A DNA stretch of 64,000 nucleotides from Alphaproteobacteria bacterium. Its GTDB lineage: Bacteria > Pseudomonadota > Alphaproteobacteria > Geminicoccales > Geminicoccaceae. The translations under genes were made by a program, and so were the position numbers. Below the pieces are notes generated by a model. It saw only the letters and a list, made by a program, of their open reading frames with translations. It was not told the origin of the DNA and ran no database searches. Numbering within the stretch: position 1 is the stretch's first letter; each line of letters begins with the position of its first letter. This document shows, piece by piece, positions 37,863 to 47,160 of the stretch. The stretch is from contig JAUIID010000002.1 of the NCBI GenBank assembly GCA_030431615.1, positions 565 through 64,564 on the forward strand. Direction: 5' to 3'.

Positions 37863-37914
37863 CGGCGCCTTGGCGGTCTCGTGCGGAAGCCTGATGCGTG
37901 AATGAAAGCCCAGC

Positions 37915-37947
37915 GGCGCCGGCAGCGCAAGACCGCTGCACGGCGCC
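37915..37947 (-). terminator. 13-bp GC hairpin (one bulge) between the pirin and GST-like genes
   Basis: GGCGCCGGCAGCG / 6-nt loop / CGCTGC(A)CGGCGCC, 28 nt downstream of the pirin stop. Only a weak U-tract follows (CUUUC). Confidence 0.45.
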
Positions 37948-37974
37948 GGCCCGGGGCGAGGGGGGCGGCCGGCG

Positions 37975-38676
37975 TCAGCCGGCCATGTCGAAGAGCAGGA
38001 TCTCGGCCGCCTCGACGCCCTCGATCTCGAGCGTGGGCTCGTCCGTCAGGGCCGCCCCGTCTCCTTCGGCGAGGCTCTGGCCGTTGAGCCGCACGCTGCC
38101 ATTGGCCACCTGCAGCCAGAGTTTGCGGCCCGCGGCGGCCGTGTGGCTGACCGCCTCGCCCGGGGCCAGCGCCGCCACATGGATGTCGGCATCCTGGTTC
38201 AGGCTGAGCGAGCCCGCACGGCCGTCGCGCGAGGCGACAAGGACCAGCCTGCCCTGGCGGTCAGCGGGCTCGACATGCACCTGGGCGTAGGAGGGCGTCA
38301 GCCCGGTGCGCTCCGGCTCGATCCAGATCTGCAGGAAATGCACGGGCTCGGTGGCCGAGTGGTTGTACTCGGAGTGACGGATGCCGGTGCCCGCACTCAT
38401 CCGCTGCACGTCACCCGGCCGCATGACCGAGCCCGAGCCCAGGCTGTCCTCGTGCTCCAGCGCACCTTCCAGGACGTAGGTGACGATCTCCATGTCGCGA
38501 TGCGGGTGCGCGCCGAAGCCGCGCCCGGCTGCCACCCGGTCGTCGTTGATCACGCGCAGCGGCCCGAAACCCATGTGGCGCGGATCGTGGTACTGGCCGA
38601 AGCTGAAGCTGTGCCGGCTGTCGAGCCAGCCGAAATCGGCATGCCCGCGCTCGGCGGCGTGGCGGATCCTGATCAT
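37975..38676 (-). CDS. pirin family protein
   Basis: 233 aa. Motifs GWLDSRHSFSFG, GFGAHPHRDMEI.TYVLEG and H.DS.G. Confidence 0.92.
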   Translation of the reverse strand: MIRIRHAAERGHADFGWLDSRHSFSFGQYHDPRHMGFGPLRVINDDRVAAGRGFGAHPHRDMEIVTYVLEGALEHEDSLGSGSVMRPGDVQRMSAGTGIRHSEYNHSATEPVHFLQIWIEPERTGLTPSYAQVHVEPADRQGRLVLVASRDGRAGSLSLNQDADIHVAALAPGEAVSHTAAAGRKLWLQVANGSVRLNGQSLAEGDGAALTDEPTLEIEGVEAAEILLFDMAG

Positions 38677-38801
38677 GGCCTTGTCTCCATGGCTGTATGC
38701 CGCCTATCTGGTTGGTCGTCGTGGCCCGCACCACGGGCCCGGCGGAATTCCACCGTTGCCGGCAAGGCAACGATCTAATCCGGTCAGGAGGAGACGACCG
38801 C

Positions 38802-39491
38802 ATGCGCATGACCTGGCTCGGCCACTCGGCCGTTCACCTCGAGACGGCAGGCAAGTCGGTCCTGATCGATCCCTTCTTCACCGGCAACCCGAAGCACCCC
38901 AAGGGCTGGGAGGACGGTCTCGAGCGCGTCGACGCCATCGTCGTCACGCACGGCCACGAGGACCACACGGGCGACACCGTGCGGCTGGCCCAGAAGTACG
39001 GCGCCACGCTCTTCGCCCAGTACGAGATCTGCATGTGGATGAACGGGCAGGGCGTGGAGAAGGTCCAGCCGATGAACACCGGCGGCACGGTCGAGGAGGG
39101 CGGCCTCGCCTTCTCGATGGTTCCGGCCTTCCACAGCGCCGGCATCATGCGCGATGGCGAGCCGCGCTCGATGGGCGATCCGGCGGGTTTCGTCATCACC
39201 GGCAGCGAAGGGGCCGTCTACCACGCCGGCGACACCTGCCTCTTCTCCGACATGAAGCTGATCCAGCGCCTCTACCAGCCGAAGGTCGGCTTCCTGCCGG
39301 TCGGTGACCGCTTCACCATGAACCCGTCCCATGCCGCCATCGCCTGCAACGAGCTGCTCGAGCTCGAGCTCGTCGTACCCGTCCACTGGGGCACGTTCGA
39401 TCTGCTGACCGGCGATCCCAGGGTGCTGGAAAAGGAGGTGCGGCGCGGCCGCGTCCACATCGCCGAGCCGGGCGTGCCCTTCGAGCTCTGA
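38802..39491 (+). CDS. metal-dependent hydrolase (UPF0173 / MBL fold)
   Basis: AGGAGGAG RBS. MRMTWLGHSAVHLET.GKSVLIDPFFTGNP and VTHGHEDHTGD. Confidence 0.88.
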   Translation: MRMTWLGHSAVHLETAGKSVLIDPFFTGNPKHPKGWEDGLERVDAIVVTHGHEDHTGDTVRLAQKYGATLFAQYEICMWMNGQGVEKVQPMNTGGTVEEGGLAFSMVPAFHSAGIMRDGEPRSMGDPAGFVITGSEGAVYHAGDTCLFSDMKLIQRLYQPKVGFLPVGDRFTMNPSHAAIACNELLELELVVPVHWGTFDLLTGDPRVLEKEVRRGRVHIAEPGVPFEL

Positions 39492-39607
39492 CCCGCCGGC
39501 GGCGGGGCCGCTCCCGCAAACGTGTGCGTTCGCCACTTGTCAGGCAGGGCGTTCCGGTGGACCCTCCATCCTCCACCTATCAGAGGATGCCAGGGGACTA
39601 AGGTGTC

Positions 39608-40408
39608 ATGCCTGAACAGCTCGCAGCAGCTCCTTTCGGACAGCCCGGTGCCGCCGGTGGTCAGGCCGTCGCCGTCCGCCGGATCGGCGGTGACGACCTG
39701 CGTTTTGCCCTGCGCAAGGGCTGGGAGGACTTCCGGGCGGTGCCGACCCATGCCTATCTCGTGGGCCTGATCTACGCGGTGCTCGGCCTCGTCATCATCC
39801 GGGCCAGCTTCCACTACAGCCTCCTGCCGCTGATCTTCCCGCTGATCGGCGGCTTTGCGCTGCTCGGCCCGTTCGCGGCGCTCGGTCTCTACGAGGTCAG
39901 CCGCCGCCGCGAGGCCGGCGAGGAGGCGCGCTTCTGGCACATGTTCAAGGTGAGCGGCTCGCCCAATCGCGGCGGCATCCTGCGCCTGGGTCTGGGCGTC
40001 GCCCTCGTCTTCCTCGCCTGGCTCTGGATCGCCATGGCGCTGCTGCGCATGACCTATGGCTCGGCCGATATCGCGATCGGCACGTTCCTCGCCGAGCTCT
40101 TCACCACCTCGCATGGCTGGACGCTCGTGATCCTCGGCAACGCCATCGGTGCCGCCTTCGCCCTTGCCATCCTGGCGCTCGCGACCTTCGCCTTTCCGAT
40201 GCTGCTCGATCGCGAGGTCGACGTGTCGACGGCGGTGGCGACCTCGCTTCGGGTGTTCTTCGCCAGTCCGGGGCCCATGCTGGCCTGGGGCGTGATCGTC
40301 GGCGTCAGCCTGTTCCTTGCCTCCGTGCCCCTGTTGCTCGGCCTCCTCGTGGTGCTGCCGGTGCTCGGCCACGCCACCTGGCACCTCTACCGCCGCGCGG
40401 TCGGCTAA
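39608..40408 (+). CDS. DUF2189-like integral membrane protein
   Basis: 266 aa, about 5 TM helices. The N-terminal L..GW.DFRA.P region is remembered from DUF2189. Confidence 0.6.
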   Translation: MPEQLAAAPFGQPGAAGGQAVAVRRIGGDDLRFALRKGWEDFRAVPTHAYLVGLIYAVLGLVIIRASFHYSLLPLIFPLIGGFALLGPFAALGLYEVSRRREAGEEARFWHMFKVSGSPNRGGILRLGLGVALVFLAWLWIAMALLRMTYGSADIAIGTFLAELFTTSHGWTLVILGNAIGAAFALAILALATFAFPMLLDREVDVSTAVATSLRVFFASPGPMLAWGVIVGVSLFLASVPLLLGLLVVLPVLGHATWHLYRRAVG

Positions 40409-40409
40409 C

Positions 40410-43400
40410 TCACCCGGCCTCGCCGCCGAGGGCGAGCAGCGAGGCATTGCCGCCCGAAGCCGTGGTGTCGACGGAGACCGTCTTCTCGGTCAGGAACCGG
40501 TGCAGGAAATGCGGGCTGCCGGGCGACGGCGCGCCGAAGGCGCCGGCCTGAGGTGACCAGGGGACGAGCGGGCGGATCGGCCCCTCCGCCTCGGCGAGTG
40601 CTGCGGCGAGTCGGCAACCGAGCTCGGCGGGGCCGGCCAGGGCCAGCCCGTCGATGCGGCGGTCACGGGCGAGGTCCTCGAGCGTCGCATCCTCGCCCCC
40701 TTCGATCGGCACAACGAGCCCGGCCGGCAGGCCGGCGGAGCGGAAGGCCCGGGCGATCTCCGGGGCCGCCGGACCGACCGCAATTACACGGTTGCCGGTA
40801 ACGAGGGCCGCCGCGAGCTGCCCGGCGAGGGCCGCCGGGTCGGCGGCGACGCAGGCGAAGGTGCCGCGCGGCTCGTAGGCGAGGCTGTCGTCCTCGCCGG
40901 TCGGCCCCGGCAGCATGGTGGGCTCGTCCAGCAGGTCGCGGGCCTCGGCGGCGAGGAAGCGGAGCGTCGCCGCGGCCGGCTCGCCGAGCTTCGCCGCGAC
41001 CGCCTCGAGCGCCCTGGCGCGGGCCTCGAGCCCGGCCGGCTCGGGCTCCGGTGCGGCGAATGCTGCCTCGATGCTCGCACGCGAGAGGCCGGGCGACACC
41101 TTCGGGGGCTCGCTCGCCGCGTCCGGCGCCTCGCGCATGAACCGCGCCAGATAGCCGGGCCCGCCGGCCTTGGGCCCCGTGCCGGAGAGGCCCATGCCGC
41201 CGAAGGGCTGGATGCCGACGAGCGCTCCGATCTGGTTGCGGTTGACGTAGATGTTGCCGACGCGAGCCCGGGCCGCGACCCGGTCCCGGGTGGCGTCGAT
41301 CCGCGTGTGCAGGCCCATGGTCAGGCCATAGCCCGAGGCGTTGATGGCGCCGACCAGCCGATCCAGATCTTCCGCCCGGAAGCGGACGACGTGCAGGATC
41401 GGCCCGAAGACCTCGCGCCCGAGCCGGTCGATCCAGTCGATCTCGAACGCCGCCGGCAGCACGAAGGTGCCAGCCCCGGTGCCGGGCCCCGGCTTCAGCC
41501 GCTTGATCGGCCGGGCCTCGCCCAGCATCCGCTTCTTGTGGGCCTCCAGCATCGAGCGCGCCTCGGCATCGATCACCGGGCCGATGTCGGTGGCGAGCAG
41601 CGCCGGGTCGCCGACCTGGAGCTCGTCCATGGCCCCTGCGATCATCTCCAGCATCGGCTCGGCGATATCGGTCTGCAGGCAGAGCAGGCGCAGCGCCGAG
41701 CAGCGCTGGCCGGCACTCTGGAAGGCGCTCACCAGCACGTCCCGTGTCACCTGCTCCGGCAGGGCGGTGCTGTCGACGATCATGGCGTTGAGCCCGCCCG
41801 TCTCGGCGACCAGCACCGCTGGCGGGCCGCCACGCCCGGCGAGCGCGCGGCTGATGCTCCGCGCCACCTCGGTGGAGCCGGTGAAGCAGACCCCGGCGAT
41901 CCGCGGATCCGCCACGAGCGGGGCGCCAACCGACGGCCCGTCGCCCGGCAGGAGCTGCAAGGCCGCCGGCGGAATGCCGGACTCGAGCAGGATGGCGGTG
42001 CCGGCCGCGGCGATCAGCGGCGTCTGTTCGGCGGGCTTGGCCAGCACCGCATTGCCGGCGGCGAGGGCCGCCGCGATCTGGCCTGTGAAGATCGCGAGCG
42101 GGAAGTTCCAGGGGCTGATGCAGGCGAAGACGCCGCCGCCCTTCAGCTCCACCTCGCGTCCGGCCGCGGCACCGCGCAGGCGGAGCGGCCGGCCCATGTC
42201 GATGCGCGCGCGGGCGGCATAGTAGCGGAGGAAATCGACCGCCTCGCGCACCTCGGCAAGCGCATCCGGGATGGTCTTGCCGGCCTCCCTGACCGCGATC
42301 GTCATGAGCGTCGGCAGGCGCTCCTCCATGAGCTCCGCCGCCCGCTCCAGGCATCGGCTCCGCTCGTCCACCGGCACGGCCGCCCAGCCGGTGGCCCCCC
42401 GCTCCGCTACCGCCAGCGCCCGGTCGAGCTCGGCCGGGCTCGTGTCGCGCGCCTCGCCGATCGTCCGCTTGCCATCGGCCGGCGAGTGGACCGGCCGCAG
42501 CCCGTCTCTTGCCATGGTGCCCTCGACGATCGGGCCGGCCTGCCAGGGCAAAGCCTCGGCCGCCAGCATGGCCTCGCGGAGCTCCTCGTGCGTGCCGGGC
42601 GAGGCGAGGTCGAGCCCCTTCGCCGTCGCCCGCTCGGGCCAGGTGATGGCGCGCGGCTGGGGAATCCGGGGGTGGGGCCGCCCGCCTCTGGCCCGGACCT
42701 CGGCGATGGGGTCGGCGATGATCTCGTCGATCGGCAGTCGGTCGTCCTGCAGGCGGTTGACGAAGGAGCTGTTGGCACCGTTCTCGAGCAGGCGGCGGAC
42801 GAGATAGGCGAGCAGGTCCTCGTGCCGCCCGACAGGGGCATAGATCCGGCAGCTGACGCCGTAGCGGTCCTCCTCGACGATCTCGCGATAGAGCGCCTCG
42901 CCCATGCCGTGCAGCCGCTGGAACTCGAAGCCGCGGGCGGGGCCTGCGAACTCGAGCACGGCGGCGATGGTGTGGGCGTTGTGCGTGGCGAACTGCGGAT
43001 AGAAAAGCTGCTCCTTGCCCAGCATCTGCCGCGCGCAGGCGAGATAGGAGACGTCGGTCGAGGGCTTGCGGGTGAAGACCGGGTAGCCGTCGAGGCCCAG
43101 CTCCTGGGCGCGCTTGATCTCGCTGTCCCAGTAGGCCCCCTTGACCAGCCGGACCATCAGCCGGCGGCGATGCCGGCGCGCCATGTCCTCGAGCCAGTCG
43201 AGCACGAAGGGTGCCCGCTTCTGGTAGGCCTGCACGACCACGCCGAAGCCGTCCCAGCCGGCAAGGTCGGGATGGGCCGAGACCGCCTCGATCAGGTCGA
43301 GGGAGAGGTCCAGCCGGTCGGCCTCCTCGGCATCGATGTTGAGGCCGATATCCGCTGCCGCCGCCGCTCTGGCGAGCGCTTCGAGCCGCGGCAGGAGCTC

Positions 43401-44204
43401 GTCCATGACGCGGGTGCGCTGCGCCGGCTCGTAGCGCGGGTGGAGGGCCGAGAGCTTGATCGAGATGCCGGGGCCGTCGACGGGTCCCCGGCCGCCCGCC
43501 GCCTCGCCGATGGCGGCGATGGCCGTCCGGTAGGCCTGGAAATAGCGCTCGGCGTCGGCAGCGGTCCGTGCCGCCTCGCCCAGCATGTCGTAGGAATAGC
43601 CGTAGCCCCGCGCCTCCATCGCCCGGGCGCGCTCAAGCGCCTCGTCGATGGTCCGGCCCATGACGAACTGGCGGCCCAGGATCTTCATCGCCTGGCCCAC
43701 GGCCTCGCGCACCACGGGCTCGCCCAACCGCGCCACCAATCGGCCGACCAGTGCCCCGGGGGAGGTGCCGGCGAAGCGGCGCAGCCCCACCACCCGGCCG
43801 GTCAGCATCAGCGCCAGGGTCGAGGCGTTGACGAAGAGCGAGCGCGAATGGCCGAGATGCCGGTCCCAGTCGGCCGGTGCGATCTTGTCGCGGATCAGCC
43901 GCTCCTGCGTGGCGTTGTCGGGCACCCGCAGCAAGGCCTCGGCGATGCACATCAGCATCACGCCTTCCTGGGTCGAAAGCCCGTATTCCTGCAGGAAGGC
44001 ATCGATGCCGCCCGGCCGGTGCCGGGCCCCGCGCACCTCCGTGACGAGACCGCGCGCCGTGGCGTCGATGCGCTCCAGCGCCGCCGGGTCGAGCTCCAGC
44101 CGGCCAAGCAGCGCCGCAAGGCAGGCCGCCTCGTCGGCCCGGGTGTGGATGTCGATGGCCTGACGCAGGGGATCGCGTGGTCCGCCCGGCTGCTCGACGA
44201 TCAT
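40410..44204 (-). CDS. putA: bifunctional proline dehydrogenase / L-glutamate-gamma-semialdehyde dehydrogenase
   Basis: 1264 aa. PRODH barrel (..MLGEAARTA.DA.RY.., SIKLSALHPRY, NIDAEE), an ALDH domain (FTGSTEVAR; ETGGLNAMIVDSTAL; catalytic C in GQRCSALR) and a C-terminal ALDH-like domain. No N-terminal RHH domain is recognisable. Confidence 0.95.
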   Translation of the reverse strand: MIVEQPGGPRDPLRQAIDIHTRADEAACLAALLGRLELDPAALERIDATARGLVTEVRGARHRPGGIDAFLQEYGLSTQEGVMLMCIAEALLRVPDNATQERLIRDKIAPADWDRHLGHSRSLFVNASTLALMLTGRVVGLRRFAGTSPGALVGRLVARLGEPVVREAVGQAMKILGRQFVMGRTIDEALERARAMEARGYGYSYDMLGEAARTAADAERYFQAYRTAIAAIGEAAGGRGPVDGPGISIKLSALHPRYEPAQRTRVMDELLPRLEALARAAAAADIGLNIDAEEADRLDLSLDLIEAVSAHPDLAGWDGFGVVVQAYQKRAPFVLDWLEDMARRHRRRLMVRLVKGAYWDSEIKRAQELGLDGYPVFTRKPSTDVSYLACARQMLGKEQLFYPQFATHNAHTIAAVLEFAGPARGFEFQRLHGMGEALYREIVEEDRYGVSCRIYAPVGRHEDLLAYLVRRLLENGANSSFVNRLQDDRLPIDEIIADPIAEVRARGGRPHPRIPQPRAITWPERATAKGLDLASPGTHEELREAMLAAEALPWQAGPIVEGTMARDGLRPVHSPADGKRTIGEARDTSPAELDRALAVAERGATGWAAVPVDERSRCLERAAELMEERLPTLMTIAVREAGKTIPDALAEVREAVDFLRYYAARARIDMGRPLRLRGAAAGREVELKGGGVFACISPWNFPLAIFTGQIAAALAAGNAVLAKPAEQTPLIAAAGTAILLESGIPPAALQLLPGDGPSVGAPLVADPRIAGVCFTGSTEVARSISRALAGRGGPPAVLVAETGGLNAMIVDSTALPEQVTRDVLVSAFQSAGQRCSALRLLCLQTDIAEPMLEMIAGAMDELQVGDPALLATDIGPVIDAEARSMLEAHKKRMLGEARPIKRLKPGPGTGAGTFVLPAAFEIDWIDRLGREVFGPILHVVRFRAEDLDRLVGAINASGYGLTMGLHTRIDATRDRVAARARVGNIYVNRNQIGALVGIQPFGGMGLSGTGPKAGGPGYLARFMREAPDAASEPPKVSPGLSRASIEAAFAAPEPEPAGLEARARALEAVAAKLGEPAAATLRFLAAEARDLLDEPTMLPGPTGEDDSLAYEPRGTFACVAADPAALAGQLAAALVTGNRVIAVGPAAPEIARAFRSAGLPAGLVVPIEGGEDATLEDLARDRRIDGLALAGPAELGCRLAAALAEAEGPIRPLVPWSPQAGAFGAPSPGSPHFLHRFLTEKTVSVDTTASGGNASLLALGGEAG

Positions 44205-44265
44205 CAGACCCTCCCGAAGCGCGTCATGCCACGAAGAGGATCACCAAGCGCGGGCCGGCGCAAGC

Positions 44266-44736
44266 TCAGGGTGTCGGATACCAGTCAGGATCGAGCAGGC
44301 GATCAATCGGGAACGGGCAGGCATCAGGCAGGCGTGCGGCGGCCTCGTCCTCGCCGAACTCGGTGAGACGCCGGATCGTCAGCAGCCGTGCATCCCGATA
44401 GAGGCGCGGCAGCTCGGCATCGATCTCGAGCCGGAGAGTCGGGGTCAGCAGGTCTCGCAGCTCCAGGCGTGATTGATCCACCGTCGCCAGCCAGCCGCGA
44501 CGTGGCTCGCTGGCGGGCGAATAGGCGAGCTTGAGCAGATGCTCGAGCAGGCGGCGCAACTGGCTGCGCACGGCATTGCGGGCAGATCGGCCCAAGTCCT
44601 CGACCTCCTCGATGAGATGCGGAAAGTCGATCGGGGCATTGGGCCGCGTCGCCGCAAGCTCCGCCAGTGCCCGCGCCTGATCCTTTGTCCAGGCGTAGAA
44701 GTCCTCGTCATAGAGCTTGGCTGGCACGCTGTGCAT
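44266..44736 (-). CDS. DUF29 family protein
   Basis: 156 aa. LYDEDFYAWTKDQARAL...D..HLIEEVEDLGRS....RSQL..LL.HLLK is the DUF29 signature as I recall it. Confidence 0.8.
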   Translation of the reverse strand: MHSVPAKLYDEDFYAWTKDQARALAELAATRPNAPIDFPHLIEEVEDLGRSARNAVRSQLRRLLEHLLKLAYSPASEPRRGWLATVDQSRLELRDLLTPTLRLEIDAELPRLYRDARLLTIRRLTEFGEDEAAARLPDACPFPIDRLLDPDWYPTP

Positions 44737-44796
44737 GGCGTCAGGATAACATGGCTACCGGGGCCTGACGAGCAGGCCGGAGCGCTGCCGGGCCCG

Positions 44797-45306
44797 TCAG
44801 TGCCCGGCTTCCTCGCCCGGCAGCTCGCCGCCGCGCAGCACGCGGACGAGGTGGTCGGTGAAGGCGATGGCCAGCACCACCGTGCCGATCGCCATGAAGC
44901 TCTGCGGGATCCAGAGCGGCGTCGCGTCCTGGCCCTGGCTCACGTCATTGATCATGCGCGAGACCCGCACGGCCTTGATGGCGAACCAGGCGAAGTACCA
45001 GGCGAGACCGGTGGCGATGCCGAGGCACCAGATCTCGGCCACGCGGCGCGACAGGCCGGTGAGCTGGCCGATGAAGAGCGAGACCCGGATATGCGCACCG
45101 TGGTTCAGCGTGTAGGCCAGCGCGAAGAACGAGGCGCCGGCCATGCAGTAGCCGGCATAGCTGGTCGAGCCCGGGAACTGAACGTCCAGCCAGCGGGCGA
45201 GGATCTGCCCGAGGATGATCAGCAGCAGGGTGACGAGAAAGAAAGCGGCGATGAACCCGCAACCACGGTAGAGCCCGTCGAGCCCCACCCGCAGCCAGCG
45301 CGTCAT
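44797..45306 (-). CDS. TRAP transporter small permease (DctQ)
   Basis: 169 aa from an internal ATG, four TM helices. ..HIRVSLF.. is typical of DctQ. Confidence 0.8.
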   Translation of the reverse strand: MTRWLRVGLDGLYRGCGFIAAFFLVTLLLIILGQILARWLDVQFPGSTSYAGYCMAGASFFALAYTLNHGAHIRVSLFIGQLTGLSRRVAEIWCLGIATGLAWYFAWFAIKAVRVSRMINDVSQGQDATPLWIPQSFMAIGTVVLAIAFTDHLVRVLRGGELPGEEAGH

Positions 45307-45340
45307 CGCCGCTTGCCCTCGTCGACCGGAATCCGGCCGG

Positions 45341-46312
45341 TCACATGGACTTGTAGTTGTCGATGACGGCCTTGCCGCCATCACCGGCGGCCGCCAGCCA
45401 CTCCTCGGTCATCTGCGCGCCGATGGCCTCGAGGTCGGCACGGAGCTGGTCACCGGGCGGGGTCACCGTCATGCCGTTGGCGACGAGCTGCTCCTTGTAC
45501 CAGTCGTTGAGCTCCTCGGACTTCGCCGTGCCGCGCGCCTCGGCCTCGGCGGCGCACTCGCCGAGCGCCGTGCGGGTGGCATCGTCGAGGCCTTCCCAGG
45601 CCGGCTTGTTGACCAGCACGTGGTTGCGCGGCAGCCAGGCGTTCACCTCGTACCAGTGGGTGAGCTGCTCCCAGACCTTCGAGTCGTAGCCGGTGGAGCC
45701 CGACGAGATGAAGCTCTCGGCAACGCCGGTGGCCAGCGCCTGGCTCAGCTCGGCCGCCTCGATCTGCACCGGGGCCGCCTCCATCAGCTCCGCCATGCGC
45801 GCCGTCGCGGCGTTGTAGGAGCGGAACTTGACGTCCTCCATGTCGGCCGCCGAGTTCAGCTCCTTCTTGGTGTAGAGACCCTGCGGCGGCCAAGGCACGG
45901 CGTAGAGCAGCACCATGTTCTGGCTGTCGAGCAGCTCCTCGAGCGGCGGCCGGGTGGCCTGCCAGAGCTTGTCGGAGGCTTCATAGCTCGTGGCGAGGAA
46001 GGGGATGCTGTCGGCGCCGAAAAGCGGCTCCTCGTTGGCATGCGCCGAGAGCAGCCGCTCGCCGATCAGCACCTGGCCGGTCTGCACGGCCCGCTTGATC
46101 TCGTCGCCCTTGAAGAGCGAACCGCCGCCATGGACGACGATCTCGAGCTCGCCATTGGTCCGCTCGCCGACGCAGGTTGCGAATTCCTTGCCGTTCTCGG
46201 TGTGGAAATTGCTGTCGGGATAGGCCATCGGCATCTCCCAGGTCTCCGCCGCAGCGGCCCCGGCACCGAGCGCCAGTGCCGCGGCACCGGCCAGCGCGTT
46301 CAGCTTCTTCAT
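45341..46312 (-). CDS. TRAP transporter substrate-binding protein (DctP family)
   Basis: 323 aa with signal peptide MKKLNALAGAAALALGAGAAAA. DctP-like layout. Confidence 0.85.
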   Translation of the reverse strand: MKKLNALAGAAALALGAGAAAAETWEMPMAYPDSNFHTENGKEFATCVGERTNGELEIVVHGGGSLFKGDEIKRAVQTGQVLIGERLLSAHANEEPLFGADSIPFLATSYEASDKLWQATRPPLEELLDSQNMVLLYAVPWPPQGLYTKKELNSAADMEDVKFRSYNAATARMAELMEAAPVQIEAAELSQALATGVAESFISSGSTGYDSKVWEQLTHWYEVNAWLPRNHVLVNKPAWEGLDDATRTALGECAAEAEARGTAKSEELNDWYKEQLVANGMTVTPPGDQLRADLEAIGAQMTEEWLAAAGDGGKAVIDNYKSM

Positions 46313-46518
46313 GGCTGCTCTACCTCCTGTTGTGATCTGCCCGAAACGCTCGCGTCGGGCGGACTCCTCGCGGCGGAGACCCTAGTCATCGCAGGCCATC
46401 CCGGTCAACGACGGCGGCGCCGCACGCCGCCGTGACTTTGAGACCACGGCCCCATGGCGTATCCTGTCGGCTACGCGATCGTTCGGAGAGCCTGGGACAG
46501 ACGACTGAGGAGGTCGGC

Positions 46519-47160
46519 ATGCGCTCTTCCCTTATCCCGATCGGCCTCGCGTCAGTGATGTGGACCGTCGTCATCGGCGCTGGCGCGGCGCTGGCCGCGG
46601 ATCCCTTCAGGCCGGACGGGCATTTCCAGATGCCCGATCCCGCCGTGCTCGATCCAGGCATGGCCGAGCATCTCTATGCCCGGCGGGTCGACGAGATGGC
46701 CAAGAGCTATGCCCTGTCGGGTGTGCCCGCCGCCCGGTTCTACCGCTCCTGGCGCCGCGCCAACCGGGCACCCTACCGGTCAGCGACCCATGGCGACCGC
46801 TACGTCAACAACTACGTCAACGGCACCGCCGCGGCAGATTACGGTCGCCTGGCGGAAGGCGAGTCGATGCCGGTCGGCAGCATCATCGCCAAAGACGCCA
46901 TCGCCATCGACCGGCAGTTGCGCATCTTCGCCGGCCCGCTCAGCGTCATGGAGAAGATGCCCGAGGGCTACGACCCCGAGGCCCGCGACTGGCGCTATGT
47001 CCTGATCCTGCCGGATGGCAGCATCTTCGCCGACAGCAGCGGCACCAATGCTGAGGGCACCGGCTTCTGCGTCGCCTGCCACCAGGGTGCCGGCGACGCG
47101 GCGGACCATCTCTTCCTCATCCCGGATCCCTACCGCCGGACGCCGCGGCCGCAGCGCTGA
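46519..47160 (+). CDS. cytochrome P460 family protein
   Basis: GAGGAGG RBS and a signal peptide. ..MPVGSIIAKD.., MEKMPEGYDPEARDWRY and a single C-terminal heme motif CVACH followed by DHLF. Confidence 0.8.
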   Translation: MRSSLIPIGLASVMWTVVIGAGAALAADPFRPDGHFQMPDPAVLDPGMAEHLYARRVDEMAKSYALSGVPAARFYRSWRRANRAPYRSATHGDRYVNNYVNGTAAADYGRLAEGESMPVGSIIAKDAIAIDRQLRIFAGPLSVMEKMPEGYDPEARDWRYVLILPDGSIFADSSGTNAEGTGFCVACHQGAGDAADHLFLIPDPYRRTPRPQR

